Positions 25,525 to 39,349 of a stretch of 64,000 nt of DNA are shown one piece after another. Where the stretch lies: the NCBI GenBank assembly GCA_026914245.1, contig CP110439.1, forward strand, positions 8,370,001 through 8,434,000, read 5' to 3'. This DNA is from Puccinia triticina (lineage: Eukaryota). Under the pieces are notes generated by a model, which saw nothing but the letters and a program-made list of their open reading frames with translations, was not told the DNA's origin and did no database searches. Both the position numbers and the translations under genes were made by a program. How positions within the stretch are numbered: the first letter of the stretch is position 1; each line of letters begins with the position of its first letter.

Positions 25525-26124
25525 CTGGGTGTCAAGGTGTTGCCTGGTAAATGGATAAAGGGATTCTAAAGAAGCATGGTGAATGGTGAGTGTGTGCAAG
25601 AACAACCAGCTGTCAAAGGCAACGTGAGGGACTTGGTTCAGTCAAAATCCTCCTTCCCTGAGGCTTTGCCCAAGAGAAACACTTATCAGAAATTCTCCCA
25701 TGATGATGATAACCCCGCATATTTGAACCTTTGACTGAATGGCATTCTGCTCACCATGAGAGTTAGATAACTGGCAGGTTGATGGAGTAGTGATGTACCA
25801 TGCCAATGTCTCAATGTGTGTACAGATACCTTTTCTTCTTTCTCTTTTGAAGTTTAATCCATGGCACACCTGATGCAACATTGTATTTCTACGTTGTTGT
25901 ATCTGATGAGGATGATCATCTTGAAAAAGAAAGTGCAATTTTGCCCTCCAAAACCATCACTATCCCGGCCTGAAAGTCCAACAAGTCCAAGGTTCAATAT
26001 TCAACACTGGGCCAGTATTGTACTGGTAACATATTGATTTTGATGTGTTACCATTCCTGTTACCAGTAACTGCAGTGTGCTACCATTAGTAAACAATTCT
26101 CCATTTTTTGGGTGCTGTTACAAT

Positions 26125-26305
26125 TATGGTGTTCAAAGTTGGTTTGCATAATTTTATGCATGCATAAATCATAAAATCATAAAATCTTTTTTGCAGGGGA
26201 TATGACTGTCTGATTATGTAATACAAAATTTCCTCACCAAAATATTTTTATGATTTTATGATTTATGCATGCATAAAATTATGCAAACCAACTTTGAACA
26301 CCATA
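26125..26305. mobile_element. MITE with about 60-bp near-perfect inverted arms
   Basis: TATGGTGTTCAAAGTTGGTTTGCATAATTTTATGCATGCATAAATC... and its reverse complement. Possible TA TSD. Confidence 0.75.
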
Positions 26306-28944
26306 AATATAAAATTGTTATTCAGATTATACTAGAAATCAAATGTAAAACTGACACAACACAACAAAATATTGGACAAATCATTGGTATTGTATTGATT
26401 TGCCAATACACAAGAACTTGACATGGGTGTATTCTATCCAATAAAAAAGACAATACACCTATATCTTATTTCCTAGTCCAACACAGAAATATCTAGAATC
26501 TTTTATTGTATCACCACTGGGCCTCTACACTACACTATGCTACAGAGGCATGTAGTGATAGCATAGCCACCTGTGAGTCTAGTGTTAGAGCTTCTAAGCT
26601 GCTTTGTGGTAATCTAAAGCATATGACCAGGGGGGAATCTGTGGCACTTCCCACAGATTTCCATACCATAATTTTTGTTCAGTAACCTCTCATGAATTCA
26701 ACTGCTTGTGCATGTGTAACTAATGCCTGAAGAATTGTTCATCTAGAGTACCTCACATTTTTTGCTCAATTCCAGACCACTTTGGAAATCACAAAAGGGC
26801 TAATGATGTCAAAGTTTTCATTGGTAGTTCAATGGTGAAGATCTGTGTATTTTCTGGCATTCTGGAATTCAAGATGGGAATCCAACCTACCAATGTCCAT
26901 TCATTCACATTACCATCATTATGAGTTTGTCTTTTGAAAGGGAGATCTCACATGGGACATATGAGCAAACAGGAATTACCCAATCAGCTGTAGGGCTCAC
27001 CATACTTGGTGCAACTTGCTCAATGGAAGTTATTTGGAATTGATAAGAATCATCTACCCTACAAGCAACATCCACCAAATGCAAAGATAACCATGCGCCA
27101 GCTTTGTGCCACACAAGCATTTAACATGGTGGGAGCAATGATTGGGGTGGGGAACACAAAAACACAACCTCTTTTGCATCTTTGGCAAGAGGGTTGTGCC
27201 TTTATTGCCTGGTCCCTTTGTGATTGGGAAAAATCTCCTTTGACCTTACCTTTGCAGAAATTTTGATTTTGAGAGGAAAGGTCATCACATGCAATCTGAT
27301 CACGCCCCCAGGCAGCATTTTTACTTAAACTTGTGTATCAGAGGTCAAGGGAGATCTGATTCTCAGAAACATTCTCAGATCCCATGTGTTTATATTTCAG
27401 GGGGAGAGTGTTGATTTTGTGACTTACTCCTGGATGGGCCCAATGTCCAGCACAGGTTCCAGAAGCACCCCTAGTGACCCCACAAAATGTGCCTCAGGGG
27501 TCTTGGGGGAGTCTTTCCCAAAGCCCCCCGTGCTGCTGTGTGATGTTTTTCCACCCTGACACTCGCGTGGAAATCACAGTGGACATCAGACAGCATTTGC
27601 CAACTCCTCAACTCCCCTCCTGCCTACAAGCTAGATGTGCTCTTGTAGAGGGGGCGAGGTGGTGTGGAGGAAGGCCAGGAATTTTCCAAGCCTATTGGCC
27701 TCTAAGGAGCCTGGCAAGCGCTTCCACATCCCCATCAGCTCTGTTAACAGCACCAAATACTCCGTGTACGCGGTTGATTGGGGCGAAGCAGGACAAGCGT
27801 GTTGCTTGGGACATGCATTCTGAACAAGGTTGGGGCAAGGAGGCTTGGAGGAAGGCCAGGACTTTTCCAAGCATTTCAGCCTCTGAGGAGCTCAGCAAGC
27901 GCTTCTACAGCCCCATCCACTCTGCCAACAGCACCAAGTACTCCATGTATCCGGACCAACTGCCTTGTAATTTTCATAAGCTCTTGAGCACTTAGATCTT
28001 GCTAACCATTGGTTCAGCGCTCAGAGGCACCATGAGGACATGCTTGATTGGCAAGTTGACCCTTTTCCAATGTCAAGATCACCTTTCTTGCGGGCAGCCA
28101 CCTCCAGTGGTGAAAAACCTGGCAAAATCCCCACAGGGACTGATGCTCAACAGGGTTGTGCATCTCAGCTCACCTGCCGCATTGATACAAGGACCTCTGG
28201 AACAGATGAGATCAGCTTTGTTGGGGGGTGAAGAGAGACCAGAAGGGGACAAGAATACAGTAATGGCAACAATCCTGATGGGCAGGTGGGATTGGAGCAA
28301 TAGAACTATGTATGTAGGCAAGCTGATTGCTGGAAAAGAGGCCAAAGCCAATTGCGGCCAAACAGTATTTTGATTTTGTAGGTGATTGAAAATATAGAAA
28401 TATGGAGTATCTACACTGGAGAAAATCAGGAAAAATCAGAAAACCCCTTGGACACGGACAAAATTATGAATAAACAGGCTGTATCAATCCAGACCTCCCA
28501 AAATTCCCTACAGGTCTATGCCATCCGCAAATGTAGCTACTGTATTTTACAGAGGAGTTTTTAATGCACGTATTTTTTGGTTTGATCATGAATCAAGCAC
28601 ACTCACATTTTACAAAATTTGGCCCAGAATAGATCTCATCATTGGATAGAAATGGGCATCTTCATGACATAAAGACATGATCCTCTCCAACTGATCACTA
28701 ATTCAACATCTGATCAACAGATCACACCAGTAAAATAAAATAGTCAGTTGATGACAAGTGACATCATTCCAGCTCCAGCCAGCTACCCACCATCTATCCA
28801 ATATCTATCCGCTATCTACCCCAATTTCCCAACCATCTCCTCAACTTCCAAAATTTACCAAGAAGGTTCTGTTCAGTTTTTGATGAGCCCAACTGATCCT
28901 CAGTTCTGTCCAGCTGAGGCTCAGCTTTGATACCCAGCTCATAC

Positions 28945-29736
28945 CGCCACTGGGTAATTACGTTACCCTATGTTATCCACATTATCTCAGTAACGCAGTG
29001 GTTTCAGTGACTGCCAGGCTACGTTACTGCTATCAGTAATTCTCTATTTCTCGCGGCACCCGTAATGTAATTGAACCGTTTTTTTTTGCCTGCCAACACA
29101 GATAACGTAGTGATATTTTTCCAGGATAATGCGCTATCTCCATGAAGCAGATGTTGTACGGCGCTCTTCCCCTGGATAATGTGTTATCACATTGAAACAT
29201 GTAATGTACAGTGCTCCACCCCTGGATAATGTGATATCACATTATCCAGGGATGAAACAGCCCTAATCTGGCAAGATTTGTCTGAAAGTGGGAGCTCTTG
29301 CGCTGTCAAGAGATTATTCTCAGCAGCTTTGGATGTTTGTAGCAGTTGCCGCGGGAGCCTACTCCCCTCAACCATGTTGCACTGCGTTAGTAGCCTTATG
29401 TGGCTTTGCAAGGATGTCCCTTTGACTGGTGAATTTGCAGAGGCCGGGAAGGCGTTGAAGGCAATCCTCCCCTCAAAATAATAATAACACATTTCTTTTA
29501 ATTACATTATCCGTTATATTACTAGTAATTCCATTTTTTCCTTGACTTCAGTAATGTAATGGTGGGAAAAAAATCTCTGCCTGCCCACAGGTTAACGTAA
29601 TTTAAACAAAAAATCAGTGCAAACAGATAATTATAACGTAAAAATTCTCAATTACGGATAACCGTAATGATAATGCAAAAAAAATTGTTACATTACCGTT
29701 ACGCTACCATTACTGGTAGCGTAACTACCCAGTGTT
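28945..29736. mobile_element. Nested non-autonomous element with GTAACG/CGTTAC-type subterminal motifs
   Basis: Ends CACTGGGTAATTACGTTAC / GTAGCGTAACTACCCAGTG, flanked by direct repeat GCTCATAC. Confidence 0.6.
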
Positions 29737-29739
29737 GCT

Positions 29740-30267
29740 CATACTCAGCTTTTTTGCCCAGGTCATACTCAGCTTTTTCACGCAGCTCCCTCTCAGCATT
29801 GGAATAAAGCCTTTGACCATTCCATGCCCAGCTGATGCTCAGCTTTTTACTATTCCTGGCGCAGCTGATGCTCAGCTTTGTACCAGTCATTGCTCAGCCT
29901 TTTCTTTTGGCTCAGCTGATTCTCAGCTTTGACCCAGTCCTGGGCCAGCTAGCCAGCTGATGCTCAGCTTGCTGAGTATCAGCTGAGCCAGGCCAGGGAA
30001 AAAGATGGGCATCAGCTTGGAAAGGACCAGAGACAAAAATGATCTAGGCTGGGGCCAAAGCTGAGCATCAGCTGAGCCATGGCCAAGGCTGAGCATCAGC
30101 TGAGCAATGGCCAAGGCTGAGCATCAGCTGTGCCAGGGCCAAAGATGATCATCAGGTGGCCAGTGCCAAAGCTGAGCATCAGCTGGACCGGGGCAAAAGC
30201 TGAGCATCAGCTGAGCCAGGGTAAAAGCTGAGCATCACCTGGGCCAGGGAAAAAGCTGAGCATCATC
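29740..30267. repeat. GCTGATGCTCAGC / GCTGAGCATCAGC array that switches orientation mid-way
   Basis: About 25-30-bp periodic units, forward in 29830-29970 and inverted in 30060-30265. Confidence 0.8.
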
Positions 30268-31449
30268 TTGTTTTTTCACATTGAGTGCTTTGCTCCTGAA
30301 ACCTGTCATGTGAGCCCTAGATGTGCTGGTGGAGAGGAGCAGCATTGGAGAAGTGTTGGAGCTGAAAGCAAAGCTGAATCATGTCACTTGCCATCAACTG
30401 ACTCCTTTTTTTACTGGTGTCAGTTGTTCATAAATTGGGCTACAGTTATTGTTGGGATAGCGTAAAAAGTTACACAAGAGTAATGGTTAACTCTAGCATG
30501 AATTCAGTCCCTGGTTCTGATGGAATGAAGGTATGGCACTCTGTAGGAAGTGCCACAGATTCCCCCCTGGTGTATTTAGTGAAAAAAAGGCTGAATAACT
30601 TTGAAGCGCAGCTTAGTGGGAGCTCTTGTTATTTTGTGGCCTGTGCACGTAGCACTAGCACAGATCAAGCAGAAATTCTCTACACTACATTAAGTCAAAT
30701 CAGAATTTTGCTACTTCAGGCCATACTAATGCCATTGGTGTAGCTGGTGCACTCTTGGCTTTGTTAGGACAGTTCAAATTTAGAAATGATGACCGCTGCT
30801 GGTTTTTTTATGTACTGGAGTGCTGCCTGTTGGCTTTGTTCCTTGGAAATTTATTAATTTCAAAGCCAAATTAGCTTGGTCAGCAACAGAGCTTCAGGTT
30901 CTGAGGTCATAAAGTTAATAAGCAGATTGTTGGCTGCTGAATTCACAGCAGACATTTTGCAGCCTCAGTTTTTGTATTACATCTGGGAAAATTTTAAGCT
31001 CACACACAACTGAACCAAAAAGAAAATTGGGACTCCAAAGATTTACAACAAGCACGCAAAAAATCCAATAAGTGGAAATAGATCAACTGTTATTTTTTAG
31101 GAGCTTAAAAGAAGATCATGTGTTTGTAAGAGTCATGCTTGAAACCACATGATCTCACATCAAGACTTTGGGCCAACAACCATGTAGTATGGAGCTTAGG
31201 TCTTAAAGCAGGAAAAAATATTTTGGGTACCCTTGCAACAGGGCACCAGTTGAAGTCTGTATGACAACCTGCAGGGGGAATGAAACCAGAAGGTCTACAC
31301 AGCATTCAAACACTACAGTAATTGATGTTGACTGCGCCATGCAGCATCTTGATGACCATTGTGAATTTCATTAACTACAAGTAACCACACTTGACACCCA
31401 ACCACTGCCCCAATGAGAAGAAAGAACATAAAGGAGGAGGGAGCAATAC

Positions 31450-31995
31450 TTGCCTCTTGATGTCCAAAAAAAGCCTGCCATCAAGAGGGGCCAGCTCTTG
31501 TGTTGGCTGGTAAGTTGTAACAGCCACTCACCAAGTTATAAATGGCCAGTCTGTTGTGGCCATTGAGAGGAGCATGTCAGTTTCTTCCAGACATCAAGAG
31601 AAGTACAAACTCACCTCAATGGCCATGTTGTTCCAGAGATTGGGGCAGCTTTTACTCCTCTTGATGAACGGAGCAAACCGGTCATCAAGAGTATATCAAT
31701 GGCTGGTTTGTCCTGTTCATCAGGAGGAGTAAATAATCCCCTGGATGGTTGGTCTGTTCTGCTTATTGAGAGAAGTGTACTCCCCTTGATGACCGGAACA
31801 TAGCTTTCATTGAGAGAAGTACATCCTCCCCTCAAATTCAATGACTGGAATATTCCATTCATCAAGAGGAGTGTACTCTCCTTGATGATGGGATTGTCAC
31901 GGTCATTGAGAGGAGTGTACTCCCCTTGATGACCAGAACAGAGTGTTCATTGAGAACTGGATTTTTCCGGTCATTGAGAGGAGTGTACTCCCCTT
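31450..31995. repeat. Degenerate TTGATGACC...GTCATTGAGAGGAGTGTACTC array (transposon-derived)
   Basis: Repeated motifs related to the array at 11420-12135. Confidence 0.6.
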
Positions 31996-32604
31996 TGGCA
32001 AAACTTGTCCAAAAAAATTTGCATAACATGTAATGAGTAGCCCAGAAGCTCAGCTACGTTGTAGAATTTTTCTTATATTTTTTAAGCAACTTGTTGCCAC
32101 CAAACAACCCAAGGAATTGGAGTCTCAGTCTTTTCCCACGCGGAGGCATGCATTTTGCGGCCCCGCGCGGCCAGACAAATTTGCTAAATGATGGACTTGG
32201 GACGCCCATTTTGGAAAGAAGGTGCATAAGGATGGCCACCAAAATTAATGGTGAGGAGAAAGGCAAGATGAAGGCCTTTGCTCTCATCTTTTCCATGCCA
32301 CTCTGCCTAGTGCGGTCAAAAAGTTATTCAAGTTTTCAATTTTTCCCCTGCCAAATTCAAAAAACTTGTCAGGCCAAAAAACTTCAGTCATTCCTAAGTC
32401 CCTCCTTTGGAGGCAGGCGCTTCGCGCCCAGGAGGGACTTGGCTGAGTTCGAGGCTTGATGCACTACATATTTGCACCATTTCCAAAATGATAAACTCGT
32501 CAAAAGAATGGGAGTATCAGGTATCCAAGAAAATGTCGATAACAAAACTAAACAGAAAGCAAAAGAAGAATAAACAGAACAAGAATAAAGAGATCAGAAG
32601 GGGG

Positions 32605-34148
32605 TTATGTAGGTGAAGGTTTCCCGCGATCCCATTCCCGAAGCGTTCCAAGTTTAGAGAACCCATTGAACGCGATCAAGCCGGCCGACTTCGTATCATA
32701 CCGGTCTTTGCCAGACGGTTCGCGATGCCGACGGCGACAATGGTCATTAGATGAGGAGGATGTGCTACTGGAATGACTGTCTGAAGATGAGGAGGAAGAA
32801 GAGTCTGACTCCGAGCCTGGTTTAGAATTCCGTTGTTTGCCTTTCTTGCGTCGACGTTTCTCTCGATCGTTGTCGTCGATGTTGTCTTGATCAGTTTTGG
32901 ACGCCGAATGGTCCCGTCTTTCCTTCTTCTTTTTCTTCTCATTTCTCTTCCGTCTGCGTCTCTCTCGATCAAGGTCATCAAGTTCATCATCCGAGGCATC
33001 CTTGGATCTCTTCCCTTTGCTACGACTCTTGAGGCTCCTGTGGTGTTCCTTCTTCTCGCTCTTCCTTAGTTTACGCTGAGCAGCATGCAGCTTCAGTTCC
33101 AACTTGCGCTCCTTCTCTCTGGCTCGTTCATCGCGTTTAGCCTTCATTTGAGCAAGGATGATCTCCCAATCATCGTAGTTTCCACCTTCAATTATTCCCG
33201 TCTGAGGGTTGGTTATATCGTCCAGATTGACATCCAATCGCGGATCGTAGCCCGCCGCAAAGTACTTGTCCATCTTCGATCCTATAGGCAAGGCGACATC
33301 CCCTGCTGGGGATTGATGCCCTCCTCCTTCATTCACTGGATCGTAGAGCCTGTACGGGATTTCTATTCAGCGAGACCGCAGTGGTTGTAGAGAGAAAAAG
33401 AATACTCACCTTCCCTCAACCTTTCGCGCTCTTCCAGCCGAACCTTCACTCAAGTGTGATGAATGGGGTATATCTTCTCTATCTCTGTCGCGCGTGCGTC
33501 TTTTCTTCTCTTTTTCTACACGTCTCCGCTCTTCTTCAGGATGATCCTCTTCGTTGAGATCCCTATTGCTGTCAGATCTTCTCCGTTTTTCTCGATCGGT
33601 AGAAGAAGAATTATGGTGGGTGTGACTGCGACTGAGCTCGGAAGGTCTCGAGGAAACACGAGAGCCTGAGTCTCTGGTCCCTCCCGATGTCGTGTGATGA
33701 TGATGCGAGCTTGAATGTCGACTACGGCTGCTGTGACGATCTGGTTCTGGATCCCTTCTTCTGCGCTCGTCCTCACGCCCAGATTTGCGTCTCTCTTGTT
33801 CATTTACTGTCCGTGTTGGAGTCAGCGAACTTTCCGACCTCCTTTCGAGTAATCTGTTATGATCATTCACGTTTCGAATCACCGACTTGAGAAATCTTTT
33901 ATTCGTCTTCAATGCTTTTCCTGTGCTTTTTGGGTGGGGATTTTTTAGTATAAATAATTCACCCAAGACTGGAATAATGAAGGTTTGATTTCTGGGTAGG
34001 GAGGGAGTGATGAGGTGTCTTACAGGATTGAATTATCGCTTCCAGTGTATGTTTGAGATTCGAGTAAGAGTAGTTTGGCGATTTCCGAATCCGAGTAAGT
34101 GTTTTTGGTGGAGGATGATGGTCTCTGTTGGCCTGTTGGGATGTCCAT
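32605..34148 (-). CDS. Conserved fungal RS/RE/K-rich hypothetical protein (probably nuclear, RNA-processing-like), 3 exons
   Basis: ATG at 34148 (MDIPTGQQ). Introns at about 34022-33927 and 33409-33344. Conserved-looking blocks TNKRFLKSVIRNVNDHN, GSKMDKYFAAGYDPRLD and C-terminal REWDRGK. Confidence 0.75.
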
Positions 34149-35739
34149 TGTTTCGGAGATGGTCGATGTTGATGATGGTGGTAAATTGTTGCAGTGGTGA
34201 TGGTTGCCAGACCAGGCTGAGCCCCGGGTGATACCCGAAGTCTATATGTACATAGTGGATTCCCGGGCTGACACCGTGCGGGTAGCCCCAAACAAGAGTC
34301 GATACAAACCCCTCTTCAACTACCCTCGCCTGCCATGGGCGCGGCGCGTCGAAGCGCCTCATGAAAAGTGCGAGCTCCGTTGAAGGAAGAGGCCCTACGG
34401 GGCTCTCACTGGCAAGCTTGGCTAAACTCGTCTCAGGAGTCTCGAGGAGGGTTCCTTAACCTGCTTTCTCTACAGGATCAGTTGGTTTTTCATGACGTTG
34501 GGAGCAACATCAAAACATCTGCACATCAAAGTGAGACTCTTCAAAGGACATACGGATTGCCCGTGATGAAGGTGGTGAAAAATGCCAAGGCACAAACTCC
34601 GCATCAAAGCATCACAGATGCTCAAGCCAATAGAAATTGTGGCGATGACTCCCGAATCCAAGCCCCTCCTTCGGAGGCTCGCTTCGCCTTCGCGCGGCCA
34701 GCCAGGTTTAATGCCACAGATGACAAATTGTGGGGCTGGTGCCACTGATCCCAATCTTGGTCACGGGATGCGTACCTGATCCTGATTTGCTGGCCCCTGA
34801 GTCGGTTCAGCTTGCCAAACGATTCCAAGCAAGCCTTCTACTTGAGCGTACTGAGCGAGTCGAATCCGGCCACGTCAAATTCCATGTAAACGACGCGCTA
34901 TTTGTCAAGAAATGTTTGCCTAGCTAAATCAACGATTTGTTGATCTTCAATCTCTATGGCAAATAGACCTTCTGATAATTTTGCGAGGGCATGCATCTGA
35001 GCTTCGATGATACCCCGTCCTAAGCAAACTTTCGTTAGTCCTGGCCACGATTTGCTTCGTGCGCTGTGTCACCTAAATACATATCGTCGCCTCCAGTCAA
35101 ATAGCCCCTATTTCCACTCAAAACTTGCGTGCTTTGTTCTGGAATTGAGTACCGTTATCGAGATGTAAATTCGGTGATCAAGACATCAAAATACTTGATA
35201 TTTTACAGTGAAATACCCATTTGTATCAAACAAGCTAACGATTTGCATTCGGGCAATGATCAACTGATTATGTCTTAAGTTAGGAAATACATTTTTAGTA
35301 CTTGATGTGGGTATTGATATGAAGTTGGACTGAGGATAACTATTCAAGCTGAAAACAGTTTGCACAGTTGTTTCTTCTTCTTTCTGATGAGACCAATCTG
35401 TACATATTTACAGGATAAAACAGAATGTCAAAAAAATGTATATATAACGTATAATACGGATGTGATATTTAGATGGATGAACCGGAGAATGGTACTTAAA
35501 TGTTTATTTTTCTCTTTGAGAATGAAATAGAAAGGTATGTTACTCCAGAGCTGGTATTCAAAAGTATATAATCTTAAAGCAAGCGCTTCGAAAGACCTCA
35601 CTAAAATTTTAAGAAAAGGGTTCGGGTGGTCGATCTGAAGAATGAGGATGCCGCCTGGAGAAGCTGCGAGATTGTTCGTTTTTGTGCGCAAGAAATCCAA
35701 CTCCAAGTGGATCGGGCGGAGAAAGGGTTGATAGTCTTC

Positions 35740-36440
35740 TCATGGACCCAGACTTGAGCCGCGAATCAATGAGACAGCAAAATCAGGCCCCATCGAGCTA
35801 TAACAAGATAAATCCGAAACGACGACTAACTCACCCACTATCTCTCTCCAGACCTTTGTGCTTTCGATCAGATTTCCTCGGCGCGTCGACGCAGCTTTCG
35901 GTGATCCCGTGAATGATACATCTCGGACAGGGTCGGGTATCGGCACATCCTTTGCAAGCCTAGGATCAAGAGAACACGGTTAAATATGTATACTGACAAT
36001 GATCATTTAATGATTCCCCGCCGTTTGGTTTTGGACTGGGTAGATCACTTGATCGATATACAGCAAGAGAAATCATGAACCTTTTGACAATTTTGACAAG
36101 CCCGCTTGACTTGCTTGCGTTTCGCCGGCGGCCTGGGGAATTCGTGGGATTGAGGGGAAGAGCCGGGAGTAGAAGAGGAGGAAGCACGGGTGGAGGTGGA
36201 GGAGGAGGAGGATGGACTGGATGGGTTGCGCGTGGGGAAGGGCCTGTGATCAGTGCATGGCTGGCTGAGACGGAGTGGCGGCAAGGTGAGTGAGCTGGGT
36301 TGAGGTATTGGTCCTGGGGAATCAGCTATTTGGAAGAGCACATGGATCGAGGGGAGGGTGAGTGGTGCGGGCGGAAGGATGGATCTCGAGTATGGGCCGT
36401 ACTCTGGGCGGTTGTTCATGTTGGTGGGCGATAAGGACAT
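35740..36440 (-). CDS. Small Zn2Cys6 binuclear-cluster protein (ERT1/AcuK-like DNA-binding domain); 3' end uncertain (stop at 35831 or 35740)
   Basis: Splicing exon 1 (…KRKQVKRACQNCQK) to the exon starting near 35959 gives ACKGCADTRPCPRCIIHGITESCVDAPRK, completing the six-Cys cluster. Confidence 0.8.
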
Positions 36441-39349
36441 CCCCAGTGCTATAGTGCTATGCTAAATTTTTCGTGGCAAGAATATAGCTTTGGTAGTGCT
36501 AGAGTAGGGTAGTGCTAGAAGTAGAGTATGTAGAATGGTGGGTCCCGGGGTGGCGAGATAATATACACTACGCAAGCGTAGACGATGTGCAGGAGTAGTT
36601 GATGTCTCCCTATGTCTCCTCCCCAGGCTCTGCCCTTGGCTGGACACGAAGAAGGTTGCTTGACTGCTTTCACTCGTCGCTAGGCGGTGCTGCACTTGCT
36701 GAAGTCTACTTGCTGGCCGGATTCTCACCTCAGCAGGAATCCTTCCTTAAGCTTCTTCTTCTCGCCCGTTCGCGACAACCCAATCTATGTACTATCGATA
36801 CTACTCACACCTTCATCATCATCGTGAACATCAGCATCCTCACGGAGACCTCACAGCCTGAGTCGAGTGGTTTGGTGGAGCTCATCGCTGAAGGCTCAGT
36901 AGCAAAAAAAGAGAAACTGGGTTTGACGATCGGCGGTATTTGATTTCCGATGAAGCTTACAGATTATTCGGGACCCTCTCTCAAACTGTCCAACTAATGC
37001 CAGATGTGATTACTGGACCCGTTATACGGAGTTTAGAGCGGGTCCTCCACAACGCCATACGACTCTGATATGCCCTTTCCGGGTAGTAAATACGTGTCTG
37101 ATGGAACACATGTGAAAGCCCCTAGAAAGCCGTCCAGCTGAGCAACCAAACCGACTGAGCTAAGGGGTTGGGCTGTTTGAGGTGAATGGATTGGCTAGCC
37201 TCATAGTATTGTTTGCATCTCTCTCTCTTTCTGGTTCTGCTGATTCGCAAACACTTGGCTGGAATGCCACTTTTACGGGGTCAATCACCTTGATTCTTAT
37301 GAGGATGAAATAATAGCTGAGAGTGGTGAAAAAAGTATCCAGCCAACTCGGTGATGTGGCACCACGTCTAATAATAATCAAAATTCTCAGTGGGCTCATC
37401 CATTCATCTTGAGGGTAAGGCCGGAAAACTCGCCGAAAGAACTGAATATTTACAATTTGCAAACTCAGAGCCAAGCGGACATCAGATCATCCATGGCGCT
37501 GGTTTTGAGAAGAGTCGATTAAAGACGCTGGATTAGTGCTTCCCTCCGATGCTGGGTTCGTTTTTTTTTTTTTTTTTTGCTGACAGTCCTGATCTCTTCA
37601 AGCTGACATGCAGCGAGAATGAAATTTCTATTCCCCAATGGCCCTTACAGACTATTATAAAATGATGGAGACTAAACCAAATTACAAAGTTTGGAAACAA
37701 GATGAAAGCAACTCCTCTGATACCAATCTTCGATGTGCGCGTAGGATGTCGACAGTCGAACTGAGCATAGAACTTCACAGGTCAGAGCTGAGGCCGCAAT
37801 CTTCAACCTGAGCGGGGGGGCCTGCGCGCGAAGACTTTCGATATGAGCCACACAAAACTTTCTTGGCCCAGGATCCTTTTGGACATTGCGAGGTTCCAGG
37901 CCGGTCATTTCTTTCTTCAGATAACTCCAACATCTGGCGATCACCAATCGTCGAAGCGATGCACACAGATAAGCCTATTCCATCCGTTTCGGGGAAAGGT
38001 ATTAGCTGTGTCCGATAACATCTGGATTGCCAATCAACAAAACGTCGTCTTGCTGGTCTAGCTTGGCATACCCTTTGTTACAATCACAAGTTCGCAGATC
38101 CAAAGGCGTTCAACGGACGCCTGTTGATCTAAACTTGTTGAGGACCCCCTTTTTTTACCCACATGATCTTAAAGATCAAGGAAGGCGGATTTATTGCACA
38201 AATCCATTCAATTTTCTTCTGTATCTGAGCTCCTAATCTGTTTTGAAAAGGAGACACTTGATTGCAACGGTGCCACGATAATTCTGTTGTGATGTCTATT
38301 GCTTTGAGTCTAAAGCAATGGTGTCCCAAGTTTGGATCTGAGTCCCAAAGTGTAAGAGGCAAATTGGTTTTGGTAAGTTCAGGAGTCCAGGACCGCGGCA
38401 AGCACCCCAATAGAGTACCATCTATTGTCTACAGCAGCTGAAAATGAGGGGCCAGATAAAACTTTGTAACCCCCTTGTAACTCTCACTTAACCAAGTCCC
38501 TCTCACGCTGTCCTGCAGGGGACTGAGCTAAGTTGGCTTGTAATTTCCCATGAGCCACTGCTAACCCTGCATTTTTTCTCCACCCTTGCTTTTGTGCCTC
38601 AATACGACTGACTGTGTGAGTGAGGTCCCCTGTCTGAGGGGGGTTAGTTCAGGTTAGTTCCTCCGCAAAAAAAAAAAAACATGCCCAGGAGGGTGATACA
38701 TAGTGGAAGTTTTAATATAAGCCATTTTTGATGTAACTATTCAGTACAACATTCACATTGAGTGGTTAATTTCACATGGGTGTATGATGTATCAGTTGAC
38801 AACAAAAACAAGACCGCCAGCATGGTATGTACTTTCTCCCTCAATGAACGATAAAAGCTCGAGCAAGCCAAAACGAGAAAAAGAAACAACAGTGTCAAGT
38901 GGGGCGACCAGCCGCGAAAAGAGGCTGGCACAGCGGATACAGAGTGAGTGCAGAGTGTGGGGACAATCAAACAGCAAGAAAAACAGCACCAAAATAAAAA
39001 GGGAAATTGTGTGTGAATGGACAAGGCGATCAGGGGTATGCAGCGGGGCTCGGCAGAATATCGTGAGGTCTGGTGTGTAGGTGACGGGCTGAGATGGAGG
39101 AAAGCCTCTGGATTTCAGGAAGAGAAAAGACGGGGATGCACTGGGGAGAAGAAACCCTACATCAAGGGATATTGTTCCCAAGTAGACAGAAGCTGGGCTA
39201 AAGAGAAGAAATGAACTGCATGCAACGCCGCGGGGGCGAAAGAATGACTGGGAAATAAACTGTGACACGCTAGCTCCGGGATTAGTCCGCTCCGGTCGCG
39301 AGGAGGAAGTGGGTCATGGTTTCACGAGGGCTCCTGAGGTTCATCTGAG

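Larger units (their letters stand above)
26625..30572. mobile_element. Degenerate 3.9-kb CACTA/CMC-like element with nested repeats
   Basis: Inverted ends (G/C)ACCAGGGGGGAATCTGTGGCACTTCC and GGAAGTGCCACAGATTCCCCCCTGGTG, flanked by TAT on both sides. A similar terminus occurs alone at about 1055-1080. Confidence 0.65.

Noticed and set aside
33963..33968. Possible 6-nt micro-exon in the RS/RE-rich gene
   Set aside because: It would need a 37-nt intron, and a single longer intron keeps the frame equally well.
34368..34927. 126-aa and 65-aa + strand ORFs
   Set aside because: No ATG start, no recognisable motif and no clean splice model. Cannot be supported without transcript data.
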